Positions 30,028 to 40,646 of a stretch of DNA of 64,000 nucleotides are shown in pieces. The notes beneath the pieces are model-generated. The model worked only from the letters and a program-made list of their open reading frames with translations, was not told the origin of the DNA and ran no database searches. Source of the DNA: an uncultured Clostridia bacterium (GTDB lineage Bacteria > Bacillota > Clostridia > TANB77 > SIG350); assembly GCA_944393615.1 (NCBI GenBank), contig CALYAQ010000011.1:16661-80660 (forward strand). Reading direction: 5' to 3'. Position 1 is the stretch's first letter. Each line of letters starts with the position of its first letter. The position numbers and the translations under genes are program-made.

Positions 30028-30906
30028 TTATCTAAAATCTATTAAGTATTCAGGATTTATTACTGCACCATTTTTTCTTACTTCAAAGTGTAGGTGCACA
30101 CCTGTTGCCAGACCTGTTTTTCCCATTTGTGCTATAACATCTCCTGGTTTTACTTTTTCTCCTTCTTTAACTAAAATTTTACTACAATGTGCATACACAA
30201 TTAATATATCATCCATTTGTACTTTAATATAATTTCCATATATTGAATTATTCGATACGTCCGAAATTCTTCCCTCCATAGCTGCCATAATATTAGTTCC
30301 CATAGCATTAGCTATATCAATTCCCAAATGGAATGTTGATATATCTTGATTATCAGACTGTCTGTTACCAAACGGACACGATACTTGACCTGTAGTTGGT
30401 TTTACCAATGTATATTTATTTTTTATTTCCTGAGCCATAATTTGCATATTGTTATATGATTGTATTTCTTTTTGTTGTATTTCATTTATTAAACTAGTAT
30501 TTTCTTGTTGTACAATATTATTATCTTCAGTAGGGATATCTAATATATTTTCATTATTATTCACTAATGGTATTGTTGTTATTGTTTCCTTTTCATTTAA
30601 AGGTATATCTTTTAATGGTATATTAAATTGAAACTTCTCATTAAGTATATTTGCTATTTTGTTATATGTACCTTCATAAGTCATGTTATATTGTAAAACC
30701 CAACCATATTTACTTTTGTTATATTCAAAGCTTAATGGATCTGCAATTTTATATAACCATATACTTCCTAATATTACAATGCAAAAGAAAACTTGAAAAA
30801 CAAATTTATTTACGAGCGTTATTTTTTTGTCATTATCATTTTTTAGTAAACTATCAATTTGAGGATTAATTTTTAAATTTTTTCTTTTTTTTAAAACTTC
30901 TTCCAT
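30028..30906 (-). CDS. M23/LytM-domain membrane peptidase (SpoIVFA/SpoIIQ-like position, directly upstream of the M50 protease)
   Basis: N-terminal TM helix. 'FHLGIDIA' (HxxxD) and 'GVHLHFEV' (HxH) M23 motifs are intact. Confidence 0.8.
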   Translation of the reverse strand: MEEVLKKRKNLKINPQIDSLLKNDNDKKITLVNKFVFQVFFCIVILGSIWLYKIADPLSFEYNKSKYGWVLQYNMTYEGTYNKIANILNEKFQFNIPLKDIPLNEKETITTIPLVNNNENILDIPTEDNNIVQQENTSLINEIQQKEIQSYNNMQIMAQEIKNKYTLVKPTTGQVSCPFGNRQSDNQDISTFHLGIDIANAMGTNIMAAMEGRISDVSNNSIYGNYIKVQMDDILIVYAHCSKILVKEGEKVKPGDVIAQMGKTGLATGVHLHFEVRKNGAVINPEYLIDFR

Positions 30907-30937
30907 TTTACCACCTTAATTATATATATTCAAGTGT

Positions 30938-31195
30938 TTAAAATTTATTACCATTCCCCTTAACCTTGTCTATTATCTTATGAAAAAAGTTTTTCTTAAT
31001 TAAGCTTTCTTGTTCTAATTTATACATACAATCTTCAACTATATTTTGTGCCTCCTCTATTGCGCTTTTTATTCTTATATCTTGTCCTTCTAATTTTATA
31101 TTTTCTTTAAGTTCAATATCGTCTTTTAAAACTAATATTGCTTCACTTAAAATATTAGAGTGTAAATTGTTTAAAACAATAACTTTTTTTAACAT
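30938..31195 (-). CDS. Hypothetical protein (85 aa)
   Basis: The ORF has coding-like composition. Unknown family. Confidence 0.4.
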   Translation of the reverse strand: MLKKVIVLNNLHSNILSEAILVLKDDIELKENIKLEGQDIRIKSAIEEAQNIVEDCMYKLEQESLIKKNFFHKIIDKVKGNGNKF

Positions 31196-31210
31196 TATAT
31201 TAGCTCCTTT

Positions 31211-31762
31211 CTAACTAATATAATTATTTACAATATTGTTATTTTTTAAACATATACTTTTTAAGATTGCTTTTACCACTGTATTAGATAAATTTATTAT
31301 ATTGTATAGTTTTACATTTCTTAATTCTTCGAAATTTTGGTTGCTATTTAAACCAACAACAGCATTTATATATAGATCTCCTACTTTCTTGTTTTTCTTA
31401 TTTAACGCACTACCAGGTATAATTCCTCCTTTTCCTACTACAATCTTATTAATCATTTCTTCTTGTCCTAATGCTGAATCAATTACAACTATATACGGTT
31501 CTTTATATTTCTTTTTAATTTTTTCTACATATTGTTTTAAATTTGTACCATTCACAGTATTTTTTAAATCTCCATATACAATATATTGATTTTGTTTTAA
31601 AAAATGTCCTACTATTGGTCCAAATGCATCTCCTATTATTTTGTCTGTTCCTATGCATAAAAAAATAACTTCTTTTTTGGTTTTTTCTATAACTTTTTCA
31701 TTACAATATCTAAGACAATCAGTTAAGCCGTTTATATCATTATTTTCAAAAAAAAATTGCAT
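31211..31762 (-). CDS. yyaC: Sporulation protein YyaC (putative spore protease, DUF1256)
   Basis: 'FLCIGTDKIIGDAFGPIVG' matches the YyaC signature. YyaC conventionally neighbours parB near oriC. Confidence 0.7.
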   Translation of the reverse strand: MQFFFENNDINGLTDCLRYCNEKVIEKTKKEVIFLCIGTDKIIGDAFGPIVGHFLKQNQYIVYGDLKNTVNGTNLKQYVEKIKKKYKEPYIVVIDSALGQEEMINKIVVGKGGIIPGSALNKKNKKVGDLYINAVVGLNSNQNFEELRNVKLYNIINLSNTVVKAILKSICLKNNNIVNNYIS

Positions 31763-31847
31763 ATATACCTCCTAAATTTATCAATAGTATATGCATTTTA
31801 AAAAATAATATAACAAAAACATTATACATATTCGTATAATGCTTTTT

Positions 31848-31924
<77 letters not shown>

Positions 31925-32011
31925 AATTATTATAACAATAATAATCTTAACATTTTATTTGAGATTTGTCAATGATTTTTAGAAAAAAACAATTATTTTT
32001 AGATAATTGTT

Positions 32012-32341
32012 TCAAAATTTATACACAGGCATTAAATCTGTTTTTGGATCATATATTCTTGGTGTTCCATTTGAATTAACAAGTAATTCAAACGTTGTAG
32101 AAATACTACCAGTTCTCCTTGAATACTGATATGTATATATATATATTACCCCTGTTTGCGAATCAACCCAAAATTCAATATTGTCTATTTTGGACTGTCC
32201 ATTGTTTGAATCTCTAAAATCAATAGTATCCTTTGTTTCTGTACTTATGCAACCTGCTACTACTGTAAAAGATAATAATATAAAAACAAGAGCTACAAAT
32301 ATGCTAGTTTTTTTTATAAATTCTTTTTTCATTTTCATCAA
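32012..32341 (-). CDS. Putative lipoprotein (signal peptide with VVAGC lipobox)
   Basis: 'MMKMKKEFIKKTSIFVALVFILLSFTVVAGC'. Confidence 0.5.
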   Translation of the reverse strand: MMKMKKEFIKKTSIFVALVFILLSFTVVAGCISTETKDTIDFRDSNNGQSKIDNIEFWVDSQTGVIYIYTYQYSRRTGSISTTFELLVNSNGTPRIYDPKTDLMPVYKF

Positions 32342-32430
32342 CTCTTTATATACTTATTTAAGCATATAATTAAAATAACTTTAAAATATATTAATATTAT
32401 ATCCTTTTTTCTATACTTTTTCAATCTATT

Positions 32431-33390
32431 TTAATAATTAATAGCGGTCATAATAATTCCAAAATTTTCTTTATATATTTGATTAAATTGACTTATCGGT
32501 AATGGATTTTCTCCTAATCCCGCTTCTATTGTAAATCCTGGTCTATTATATTGCTGAATAAACCAATCTTTATAACCCGCAAAACTTGATGCATACAGAG
32601 TTTCTTCTAATGCATATCCGCTTAGCCTTGACATTTCTCTTGCTATTTTCAATGTATCAGGCGGTAACATATCTAAATATTTATAATATATTACCTGTCC
32701 TTGTGTATGATATGCAACTATTCTTTCGAAATCATGATTCAATGTAAAATTATATAGTGCTAAACTTTCAGGTTCTGTCAACGGGCCCTTTCCCACAAAA
32801 TCTCTTGGGCCAGGTACAGTAAAGCCTTGTGCAAATTTCACTTCTTTTGCTCTTTCCCAATTAGCTGGAAACTGTAAATTCAAGTCTACACCATTAAAAT
32901 TAGCTTTCCAACCATTTGGAAACGGTATATTAGGATATTTTTTTGATAAATCATACATATTATTTATTTGTTCTTGTGTTAATCCATTATTTAATAAATC
33001 TACGCCATCCGGATTAACCATTGGTACAAAAAATATTTTTCTATTGTTAAAAATGTCTTCTAATTTATATAATTCATATCTATCATTTTTTTGTTTATAT
33101 GTATATGACAACCATTCTATAAATTTCATTAAAACCAGTGTTGTTATCCATTCATTTGAATGTATTGATGCACTAAACATTATTTCCTTATTACCTTTTC
33201 CCCAAACAATATATGGTATACTTTTTCCTAACACACTATATCCTATATTTTCAACTTCTAAAAAAGGATATCTTTCTTTTAACAGTTTTACATCTTCTTG
33301 TAATATTTTTGAATTATATACTTTAGTAATTTGTACAATCTCTCCATTACTCATATTTATCACCCATAATATATATATTAAAAAACACAT
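32431..33390 (-). CDS. M14-family zinc carboxypeptidase (gamma-D-glutamyl-meso-diaminopimelate peptidase-like)
   Basis: 'SASIHSNEWIT' (HxxE zinc ligands). Its length and order match endopeptidase I-like spore/cell-wall peptidases. Confidence 0.7.
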   Translation of the reverse strand: MCFLIYILWVINMSNGEIVQITKVYNSKILQEDVKLLKERYPFLEVENIGYSVLGKSIPYIVWGKGNKEIMFSASIHSNEWITTLVLMKFIEWLSYTYKQKNDRYELYKLEDIFNNRKIFFVPMVNPDGVDLLNNGLTQEQINNMYDLSKKYPNIPFPNGWKANFNGVDLNLQFPANWERAKEVKFAQGFTVPGPRDFVGKGPLTEPESLALYNFTLNHDFERIVAYHTQGQVIYYKYLDMLPPDTLKIAREMSRLSGYALEETLYASSFAGYKDWFIQQYNRPGFTIEAGLGENPLPISQFNQIYKENFGIIMTAINY

Positions 33391-33418
33391 ATATTATTCT
33401 AAATATGTGTTTTAATCA
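33381..33418. terminator. Terminator hairpin (AAACACATATATTATTCTAAATATGTGTTT) at the end of the parAB operon
   Basis: 10-bp perfect stem with flanking T/A runs, between the stop of 33426..33965 and the start of the M14 gene. Confidence 0.5.
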
Positions 33419-33425
33419 ATTTATG

Positions 33426-33965
33426 TTATATTGTTGCAAAATATGTACCAGCATTTCTTTTTGCTAAATCTATAGCTTGTACCTCTTCTGTTGATAATGT
33501 ATATGTTGAACTTCCTTTATTTACAGGTTTTGCATATGTTGCTGAACCTTCTCTTGAATAAATACCATTTATAACAACTCCAGAGTCTTCATAATCTAAT
33601 AAAGCTATTGCAAAACACAAATCGCTACCAGTATCTTCAAAAGCATTATATCTAACCATACCTACTTTTTGTATGCATTTAACTATTTTTTCATCTAATC
33701 TATTACAATAATCTAATACTTCCGTATTTTTTTTATCTACTTTTTCAACAGTTTCTATATAACCTCTTATCATAGTTTCTAAATTTGTACCATTTCCTAG
33801 TTTTCTCATTAGAGAATTATATTTCTTTATTGTTTTTTTTGTTTTAATATTATTAGCTATTGCCATAATAGTTACTAAAATAATTAGTATAAATACTATT
33901 ACATTAAAATATTCTTGGTTTGTTATATTAACAATTCCCATATATAAATTATTTAAAAACTCCAT
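33426..33965 (-). CDS. DUF4446-like membrane protein commonly found downstream of parB
   Basis: N-terminal TM helix. 179 aa. Lies directly after parB. Confidence 0.5.
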   Translation of the reverse strand: MEFLNNLYMGIVNITNQEYFNVIVFILIILVTIMAIANNIKTKKTIKKYNSLMRKLGNGTNLETMIRGYIETVEKVDKKNTEVLDYCNRLDEKIVKCIQKVGMVRYNAFEDTGSDLCFAIALLDYEDSGVVINGIYSREGSATYAKPVNKGSSTYTLSTEEVQAIDLAKRNAGTYFATI

Positions 33966-33967
33966 TT

Positions 33968-34858
33968 TTACCCCCTATTTATAATATCTAATATTCTATC
34001 TAATTCGTCGTTAGAATAATATTCAACTATTATTTTTCCTCTATTTGAATTATTATGTTTTATTTGTACTTTAGTTTGAAAGAAATTTTTAAATTTTTCT
34101 TCAACATCATTTATCCATATATCATTTTCTTTTTCTTTTTTAATTTTTTTATTATTTGTTTTTTCTTCTTTTAACGATTTTATATTTTCTTCTAGTTGCC
34201 TAACACTTAAACCTTCTATAACAACTTTTTGTGCTAATAAGTTTTGTAATTCTGGGTTTTGTATAGATACAAGTATTTTACAGTGTCCTTCAGTTAATTC
34301 ATCATTTTTTATATATTCTTTTATTTTATCATCTAAATTTAGAATTCTCAATGAATTAGCGATAGAGCTTCTACTTTTTCCCAAATTACTTGCCAATTGT
34401 TCTTGAGTTAAATTATATTTATCCATAATATATTTATATGCTTGTGCTTGTTCTAATGTATTTAAATCTTCTCTTTGTATATTTTCAATTAAAGATATTT
34501 CACTTTTCGTTTGCTCGTCATATTCTTTTACTACAACTGGAACATTTTGCAAACCTATTGATTTAGCTGCTCTTAATCTTCTTTCTCCTGCAATTAAATC
34601 ATAATTGTCATTATTTTTTGTTACAACCAACGGTTGCACTATACCATATTTTTTTATAGATTGTGCCAATTCATCTAATTGCTCTTGTCCAAACACTTTT
34701 CTAGGCTGTTCCTCATTTGTTTTTATGTCATTTACATTTAAAAAAACTATTTCATTGTTATTTATTTTTGTCTCTAGTTGTACTGTTTTTTCAACAACAT
34801 TTTTTGCTGAAGGTTGGAATAGTGCATCTAATCCTCTTCCTAATCCCATTTTAGCCAT
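33968..34858 (-). CDS. parB: ParB/Spo0J chromosome partitioning protein
   Basis: 'GLGRGLDALF', 'LIAGERRLRAAK' ParB box, and an HTH region 'QEQLASNLGKSRSSIANSLR'. Confidence 0.9.
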   Translation of the reverse strand: MAKMGLGRGLDALFQPSAKNVVEKTVQLETKINNNEIVFLNVNDIKTNEEQPRKVFGQEQLDELAQSIKKYGIVQPLVVTKNNDNYDLIAGERRLRAAKSIGLQNVPVVVKEYDEQTKSEISLIENIQREDLNTLEQAQAYKYIMDKYNLTQEQLASNLGKSRSSIANSLRILNLDDKIKEYIKNDELTEGHCKILVSIQNPELQNLLAQKVVIEGLSVRQLEENIKSLKEEKTNNKKIKKEKENDIWINDVEEKFKNFFQTKVQIKHNNSNRGKIIVEYYSNDELDRILDIINRG

Positions 34859-35628
34859 TATCTTTTCACCTCGTTATTTCTTATTATTTCATTTGCCAAA
34901 CTAGTATAACACACTGCACCTTTGGATCTTTTATCATATAAAGATATTGGTAATCCATGACTTGGTGCTTCACTTAATCTAACGTTTCTAGGTATAATTG
35001 TTGTATAAACTTTTGTATTAAAATACCTTTTTACTTCTTCCACAACTTGCATTGATAAATTAGTTCTAGAATCATACATCGTTAGTACAACTCCTTCTAT
35101 ATCTAAGTTTTTATTTAAATGTTTTTGTACTAAATCAATTGTACTCATTAATTGTCCTAATCCTTCTAATGCATAATATTCACATTGTATTGGAACTAAA
35201 ACTGAATCAGCTGCTGTAAATGCATTTAACGTTATTAGCCCTAAAGAAGGAGGGCAATCTAATATTATATAATCGTAATCATATCTTATTTTTTCTATTG
35301 CCATTTTTAATCTGTTTTCTCTTGATATTACAGATACCAATTCAACTTCTGCTCCTGCTAAATTTATATTAGAAGGACAAACTTCTAAATTAGGTAAATC
35401 TGTAGCTTGTAGGGTATCTTCTATATCTTCATTATTTATAATTACATCATATACCGATTTGGGTACTTGTTTATTTGCTCCTAAACCACTTGTAGCATTT
35501 CCCTGTGGATCTATATCTATAATTAAAGTCTTTTTTCCTGCTTGAGCTAGGCAAGCACTTAAATTTACTGCTGTTGTTGTTTTTCCAACTCCGCCTTTTT
35601 GATTTGCAATTGCAATAATCTTACTCAT
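34858..35628 (-). CDS. parA: ParA/Soj ATPase
   Basis: Deviant Walker A 'ANQKGGVGKTTTAVNLSA'. 256 aa. Overlaps the parB start. Confidence 0.9.
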   Translation of the reverse strand: MSKIIAIANQKGGVGKTTTAVNLSACLAQAGKKTLIIDIDPQGNATSGLGANKQVPKSVYDVIINNEDIEDTLQATDLPNLEVCPSNINLAGAEVELVSVISRENRLKMAIEKIRYDYDYIILDCPPSLGLITLNAFTAADSVLVPIQCEYYALEGLGQLMSTIDLVQKHLNKNLDIEGVVLTMYDSRTNLSMQVVEEVKRYFNTKVYTTIIPRNVRLSEAPSHGLPISLYDKRSKGAVCYTSLANEIIRNNEVKR

Positions 35629-35854
35629 ATTTCCCTCCTATTGTTACTTTTATTTCTACTTTTTGTTACACAAATATATTATCATAAAACTATTATTAAT
35701 TAAATAGTTTTTATAAAAAAATGTGTTTTTTTATAAAATTCTTTTTTCCGTAAGATATAGTATTTTTGTTTTATGTAAACTTATTCTTTTTTGTATACAT
35801 AATATTAAAACTAATTAAGTATTGATAACAAACCGATTCTATATTTTTTATTAA

Positions 35855-36068
35855 TGTTCCACGTGGAACATTTCTTTTTTTAATTATTTGTTTTCTATTT
35901 AATTATTTCTTTATTATTAATTAATTATCTAATTATTTTCTTATTTTTATTTTTGTTCCACGTGGAACATTTCTTTTTTTATTTATTTATTTTCCAATTA
36001 ATTATTTCTTTATTATTAATTAATTATCTAATTATCTTCTTATTTTTATTTTTGTTCCACGTGGAACA
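35855..36068. repeat. Tandem ~99-bp AT-rich direct repeat (2.5 units), each unit carrying the perfect palindrome TGTTCCACGTGGAACA (parS-like). Copies at 35855, 35954 and 36053.
   Basis: Three exact 16-mers spaced exactly 99 bp apart, with near-identical intervening sequence. Located between the parA start and the rsmG stop. Confidence 0.85.
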
Positions 36069-36071
36069 TTT

Positions 36072-36782
36072 CTATTTTAATGGTTTTTCGCTAGGTGTAC
36101 CTGCTTTTCTAGGATATTTGCTTGGCGTTGTTTTTACTTTTCTAATTATTACTAAATTATATTCTATTTCTATACTTGGTAATTTATATTTAATTATTTC
36201 TTCTATTTTACCTCCTAGTATATCTATTGCTGATTTACTTTCTTCTATTTCTTCTAATACATTAGGTCCCTTCATACAAATGATAATACCATTTTTTTTA
36301 ACAAATGGTATTAGATATTCTACTAAAGTTCCCATATTAGCTACAGCTCTTGATATAGCTATATCAAATTTCTCTCTATACTCTTTATTTTGTCCAAAAT
36401 CTTCTGCCCTACCATGAATTATATTTATCTTTTTTAATTCTAACTTTTTTGCAATATCATTTAAATATACTAGTTTTTTATTAATGCTATCTAATAATGT
36501 CATTTCACAATTTTCAAAGAATATTTTTATAGGTATACCTGGAAAGCCTGCACCAGTTCCCACATCTATTATTTTTGAATTTTCTTTTATATATTTGCAT
36601 GGTAATAATGAATCTATAAAATGTTTTATATATATATCTTTATCATCTGTTATTCTTGTTAAATTAATTTTTTTATTCCATTCTATTAATTCTAATTTAA
36701 CTTCTTCAAATTGTTTTAATTGTTTATTATTTAATTCTATATTAACATCTTTCAATAAATTATTAAAATAATTATTTTCCAT
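36072..36782 (-). CDS. rsmG: 16S rRNA (guanine527-N7)-methyltransferase RsmG (GidB)
   Basis: SAM-binding '[11 protein letters not shown]'. 236 aa. Overlaps the mnmG end. Confidence 0.9.
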   Translation of the reverse strand: MENNYFNNLLKDVNIELNNKQLKQFEEVKLELIEWNKKINLTRITDDKDIYIKHFIDSLLPCKYIKENSKIIDVGTGAGFPGIPIKIFFENCEMTLLDSINKKLVYLNDIAKKLELKKINIIHGRAEDFGQNKEYREKFDIAISRAVANMGTLVEYLIPFVKKNGIIICMKGPNVLEEIEESKSAIDILGGKIEEIIKYKLPSIEIEYNLVIIRKVKTTPSKYPRKAGTPSEKPLK

Positions 36783-38673
36783 TGCTTTTTCTCCCTCTTA
36801 ATTGCTCTAAATATATTAATAGCACAGATATATCAGCTGGTGAAACTCCTGATATTCTAGATGCTTGACCTAAATTTAATGGTTTGAATTTATTTAATTT
36901 TTGCCTAGCTTCTAAACTTATACCTTTTATTTCTTCATAATTTATATCTATTGGTAATTGCTTTTTTTCTAAATTTCTAAATTTATTTACTTGTTCTTGT
37001 TGTATTTTTATATATCCCTCATATTTCACTTCTATTTCCACTTCTTCACATATACTTTTTTCAATATTAGGTCTATCTTCGTCTATCTCTTTTAATATTT
37101 CATAACTTAATTCTGTTCTTTTTAGTAATTCTGACAGCTTTATACCTGTTTCTAATTCTGAAGAATTGTATTTTCTTAAAAATGCTTGTACTTTTTCTGT
37201 TGGTTTTATATTTACTTTTTTAATTCTATTAATTTCTTTTTCTATTAATTCTTTTTTATTTATAAATTTTTGATATCTTTCTTTTGAAATAAGACCAATC
37301 TTATATCCTTTTTCAGTAAGCCTTATATCTGCATTATCTTGCCTTAATAATAATCTATATTCAGCTCTAGATGTCATCATTCTGTATGGCTCATTAGTTC
37401 CTTTTGTTACTAAATCGTCAATTAAAACACCTATATATGCCTCTGCTCTATCCAATACCAAAGGTTCTTCGTTTTTTATTTTTAAAGATGCATTTATTCC
37501 TGCCATTAACCCCTGTGCTGCTGCTTCTTCATATCCAGAACTACCATTTATTTGCCCTGCAAAATATAGCCCTGAAATTTTCTTATGCTCTAATGTTGGA
37601 TATAGCATTGTTGAGTCTATACAATCATATTCAATAGCATATGCTGGTCTCATTATTTCACAATTTTCCAATCCTGGTATAGATTTATATATTTCTAATT
37701 GCACTTCTTCCGGTAAACTAGATGACATACCTTGTATATACATTTCCTCCGTATTTTCACCCATAGGTTCTATAAATATTTGATGTCTTTCTTTATCTGC
37801 AAATCTCATGATTTTATCCTCTATAGAAGGACAATACCTTGGCCCTATACCTTCAATAACACCAGAATAAAGTGGTGATTTATGTATATTTTTTCTAATA
37901 ATTTCATGTGTTTTTGGTGTTGTATATGTTAAATAGCATGAATATTGTTCTTTTTTATATTCTTTATTTTCAAATGAAAACGGTATTATATTTTTATCTC
38001 CCTTTTGTTCTTCCATTTTTGAAAAATCAATACTTCTTTTATTAACTCTTGCTGGGGTACCTGTTTTAAATCTTCTTAACTCTACACCAATTTCTTTTAA
38101 AGATTGTGATAATTTATTTGCCGGAAATACACCGTCAGGTCCAGATTCATAATTAACATCTCCAATAAATATTTTACCTTTTAAATATGTACCTGTTGCT
38201 AATATTAAAGCTTTTGTTTCATATCTAGCACCTATTTGTGTAGTTACAGCTTTAATTTTATTATCTTCAACTTCTATCTCTACAATTTCTGCTTGTTTAA
38301 CATCTAAATTTTCTTGTAATTCTAATACATGTTTCATATCTTGATGATATTTTTTTCTATCAGCTTGTACTCTTAATGAAAAAACCGCCGGTCCTTTAGA
38401 TGTATTTAACATTCTAGATTGAAGTGTTGATTTATCAGCATTTTTCCCCATTTCTCCACCTAGTGCATCTATTTCTCTAACCAAATGACCTTTTGAAGTC
38501 CCTCCTATATTAGGATTACAAGGCATATTTGCTATACATTCTAAGCTTATAGAAAATATAACTGTCTTTAAACCCATTCTACTACATGCTAAAGCTGCTT
38601 CACATCCAGCATGTCCTGCTCCTATAATTGCTACATCATATTTTTTTCCATCGTATTTCATTTTTACCTCCAT
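36772..38673 (-). CDS. mnmG: tRNA uridine-5-carboxymethylaminomethyl modification enzyme MnmG (GidA)
   Basis: FAD-binding '[14 protein letters not shown]'. 633 aa. Confidence 0.95.
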   Translation of the reverse strand: MEVKMKYDGKKYDVAIIGAGHAGCEAALACSRMGLKTVIFSISLECIANMPCNPNIGGTSKGHLVREIDALGGEMGKNADKSTLQSRMLNTSKGPAVFSLRVQADRKKYHQDMKHVLELQENLDVKQAEIVEIEVEDNKIKAVTTQIGARYETKALILATGTYLKGKIFIGDVNYESGPDGVFPANKLSQSLKEIGVELRRFKTGTPARVNKRSIDFSKMEEQKGDKNIIPFSFENKEYKKEQYSCYLTYTTPKTHEIIRKNIHKSPLYSGVIEGIGPRYCPSIEDKIMRFADKERHQIFIEPMGENTEEMYIQGMSSSLPEEVQLEIYKSIPGLENCEIMRPAYAIEYDCIDSTMLYPTLEHKKISGLYFAGQINGSSGYEEAAAQGLMAGINASLKIKNEEPLVLDRAEAYIGVLIDDLVTKGTNEPYRMMTSRAEYRLLLRQDNADIRLTEKGYKIGLISKERYQKFINKKELIEKEINRIKKVNIKPTEKVQAFLRKYNSSELETGIKLSELLKRTELSYEILKEIDEDRPNIEKSICEEVEIEVKYEGYIKIQQEQVNKFRNLEKKQLPIDINYEEIKGISLEARQKLNKFKPLNLGQASRISGVSPADISVLLIYLEQLRGRKSNGK

Positions 38674-38758
38674 TATTCCATATAGAACATTATATATTTT
38701 ACTCCTTTTTTAATTGTTTTACAATATTTATTGTTCATATTTCTTATTTTTATATTAT

Positions 38759-39232
38759 TGTTCCACGTGGAACATTTTGCTTTTTTTATTTTATTTATTA
38801 TTTTTCTATTTTTTTATTTAATCATTTTTTATTTATTAATTTGTTTATTTTCTGTTTTATATTATTGTTCCACGTGGAACATTTTACTTTTTTTATTTTA
38901 CTTATTATTTTTCTATTATTTTATTTAATCATTTTTTATTTATTAATTTGTTTATTTACTATTTTATATTATTGTTCCACGTGGAACATTTTGCTTTTTT
39001 TATTTTATTTATTATTTTTCTATTTTTTTATTTAATCATTTTTTATTTATTAATTTGTTTATTTACTGTTTTATATTATTGTTCCACGTGGAACATTTTA
39101 CTTTTTTATTTTATTTATTATTTTTCTATTTTTTATTTAATCATTTTTTATTTATTAATTTGTTTATTTACTATTTTATATTATTTATTTATTTTTTCTT
39201 GCTTGCTAATAAAAAATGTTCCACGTGGAACA
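38759..39232. repeat. Tandem ~107-bp AT-rich direct repeat (4 units + 1), each unit carrying the same palindrome TGTTCCACGTGGAACA. Copies at 38759, 38866, 38973, 39080 and 39217.
   Basis: Five exact 16-mers. The first four are spaced exactly 107 bp apart. Lies between the mnmG start and the mnmE stop. It generates the spurious 'LLFHVEHF'-containing ORFs in the track. Confidence 0.85.
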
Positions 39233-39236
39233 TTTT

Positions 39237-40604
39237 TTATTTTCCTAAACAAAACTTAGAAAATATCTTATTTATTACTTCTTCACTAACAGTTTTACCT
39301 GTAATCTCACCTAATAATTGTAATAAATCCATTATTTTGACAGAAACAATGTCAATTGGCGTTTTTTTGCTTACATCAAGGTTTATATCGTCTATTTTAT
39401 TTAAAGCTGTAGAAACTATGTTTTTGTGCCTCGAATTTGTTAAGAGTGTTTCATTTTCATTTATTATACTATCTAGATTGCACATTTCATATATTTCTTT
39501 TTCTAATTTTTCTAATCCTATATTTTCTTTTGCCGATATTTCTACAATCACTTTATTATCAAAAATCTGTTTTATTTCCTCTTTTTTTAATTTATTTTTT
39601 AAATCTATTTTATTCAATATTATTATTATATTATTGTTATTAACATTCTTAATTATATCATAATCATCTTGTGTGAAATCTTCTGAATAGTCAAAAGCAA
39701 CCAATACTATTTCCGCTGTTTTCGATATATCTATAGATTTTTCAATTCCAATTTTTTCCACTATGTTTTCACTTTTTCTTATGCCTGCTGTATCTATTAT
39801 TTTTACAGGTATTCCTTTTATATTAATGTATTCTTCTATTGTATCTCTTGTAGTTCCTGCAATATCTGTAACAATAGCTCTTTCTTCTCTTAATAACATA
39901 TTTAATATAGATGATTTTCCCACATTTGGTTTTCCAATAATAGCTATACTAATGCCTTCTCTCAATATTTTTCCTGCATCAAAACTCTTTTCTAGTTTTT
40001 GTAGTTTTTCTCTTATACTCTCTATACTATTAGTTAATTTTTGGTTTGATACTTCTTCCACATCATATTCAGGATAATCAATATTAGCCTCTATATCAGA
40101 TATTATATCTAATATTTCATTTTCTATTTCTTTTATTTTTTTAGATAAAACACCTTCTAATTGTTTTTGCGATTCCTTTAAACTCTTTTCTGTTTTTGAA
40201 TTTATAATATCTACAACAGCTTCAGCTTGTGTTAAATCAATTCTTCCATTTAAAAATGCTCTTTTAGTAAATTCTCCAGGTTCAGCTAATCTTGCACCGT
40301 TCTTTAGCACAATACTTAATATTTTATTTAATATAACAGTTCCACCATGGCAATTTATTTCACAAACATTTTCTCTTGTAAATGAAATTGGTTTTATAAA
40401 AAATGAAACTAAAACTTCATCTATTATTTCTTTATCATCTATAATATGTCCATAGCGTATTTTTTGATGTTCTATTTTAAAGCTTCCCTTTTTAGGTTTA
40501 AATATTTTTTCTATTATTTCAAAAGTTTTTTCTCCACTTATTCTTATAATTCCTACACTTGATATTGCTGATGATGTTACTATTGCTGCTATTGTATCTT
40601 CCAT
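39237..40604 (-). CDS. mnmE: tRNA modification GTPase MnmE (TrmE)
   Basis: G-domain motifs 'GKPNVGKSS' and 'DTAG', and a C-terminal 'CLGK' tail. Confidence 0.95.
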   Translation of the reverse strand: MEDTIAAIVTSSAISSVGIIRISGEKTFEIIEKIFKPKKGSFKIEHQKIRYGHIIDDKEIIDEVLVSFFIKPISFTRENVCEINCHGGTVILNKILSIVLKNGARLAEPGEFTKRAFLNGRIDLTQAEAVVDIINSKTEKSLKESQKQLEGVLSKKIKEIENEILDIISDIEANIDYPEYDVEEVSNQKLTNSIESIREKLQKLEKSFDAGKILREGISIAIIGKPNVGKSSILNMLLREERAIVTDIAGTTRDTIEEYINIKGIPVKIIDTAGIRKSENIVEKIGIEKSIDISKTAEIVLVAFDYSEDFTQDDYDIIKNVNNNNIIIILNKIDLKNKLKKEEIKQIFDNKVIVEISAKENIGLEKLEKEIYEMCNLDSIINENETLLTNSRHKNIVSTALNKIDDINLDVSKKTPIDIVSVKIMDLLQLLGEITGKTVSEEVINKIFSKFCLGK

Positions 40605-40646
40605 TTTTACATCTCCTTTAGAAAAAAAGTAACTTTGCAGTTACTT

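Noticed and set aside
35855-39232. Possible CRISPR array, because of regularly spaced identical palindromic repeats.
   Set aside because: The spacers between the palindromes are themselves near-identical, so these are tandem direct repeats. There are no cas genes. The units are ~100 bp, not 30-40 bp repeats with unique spacers.
38628-39663. Four overlapping plus-strand ORFs (135, 65, 103 and 202 aa) with repeated 'LLFHVEHF' peptides.
   Set aside because: They are translation artefacts of the tandem 107-bp parS-like repeats (GTTCCACGTGGAAC reads as F-H-V-E-H-F). They have extreme F/L/I/Y composition and no RBS. The same applies to 35953..36417.
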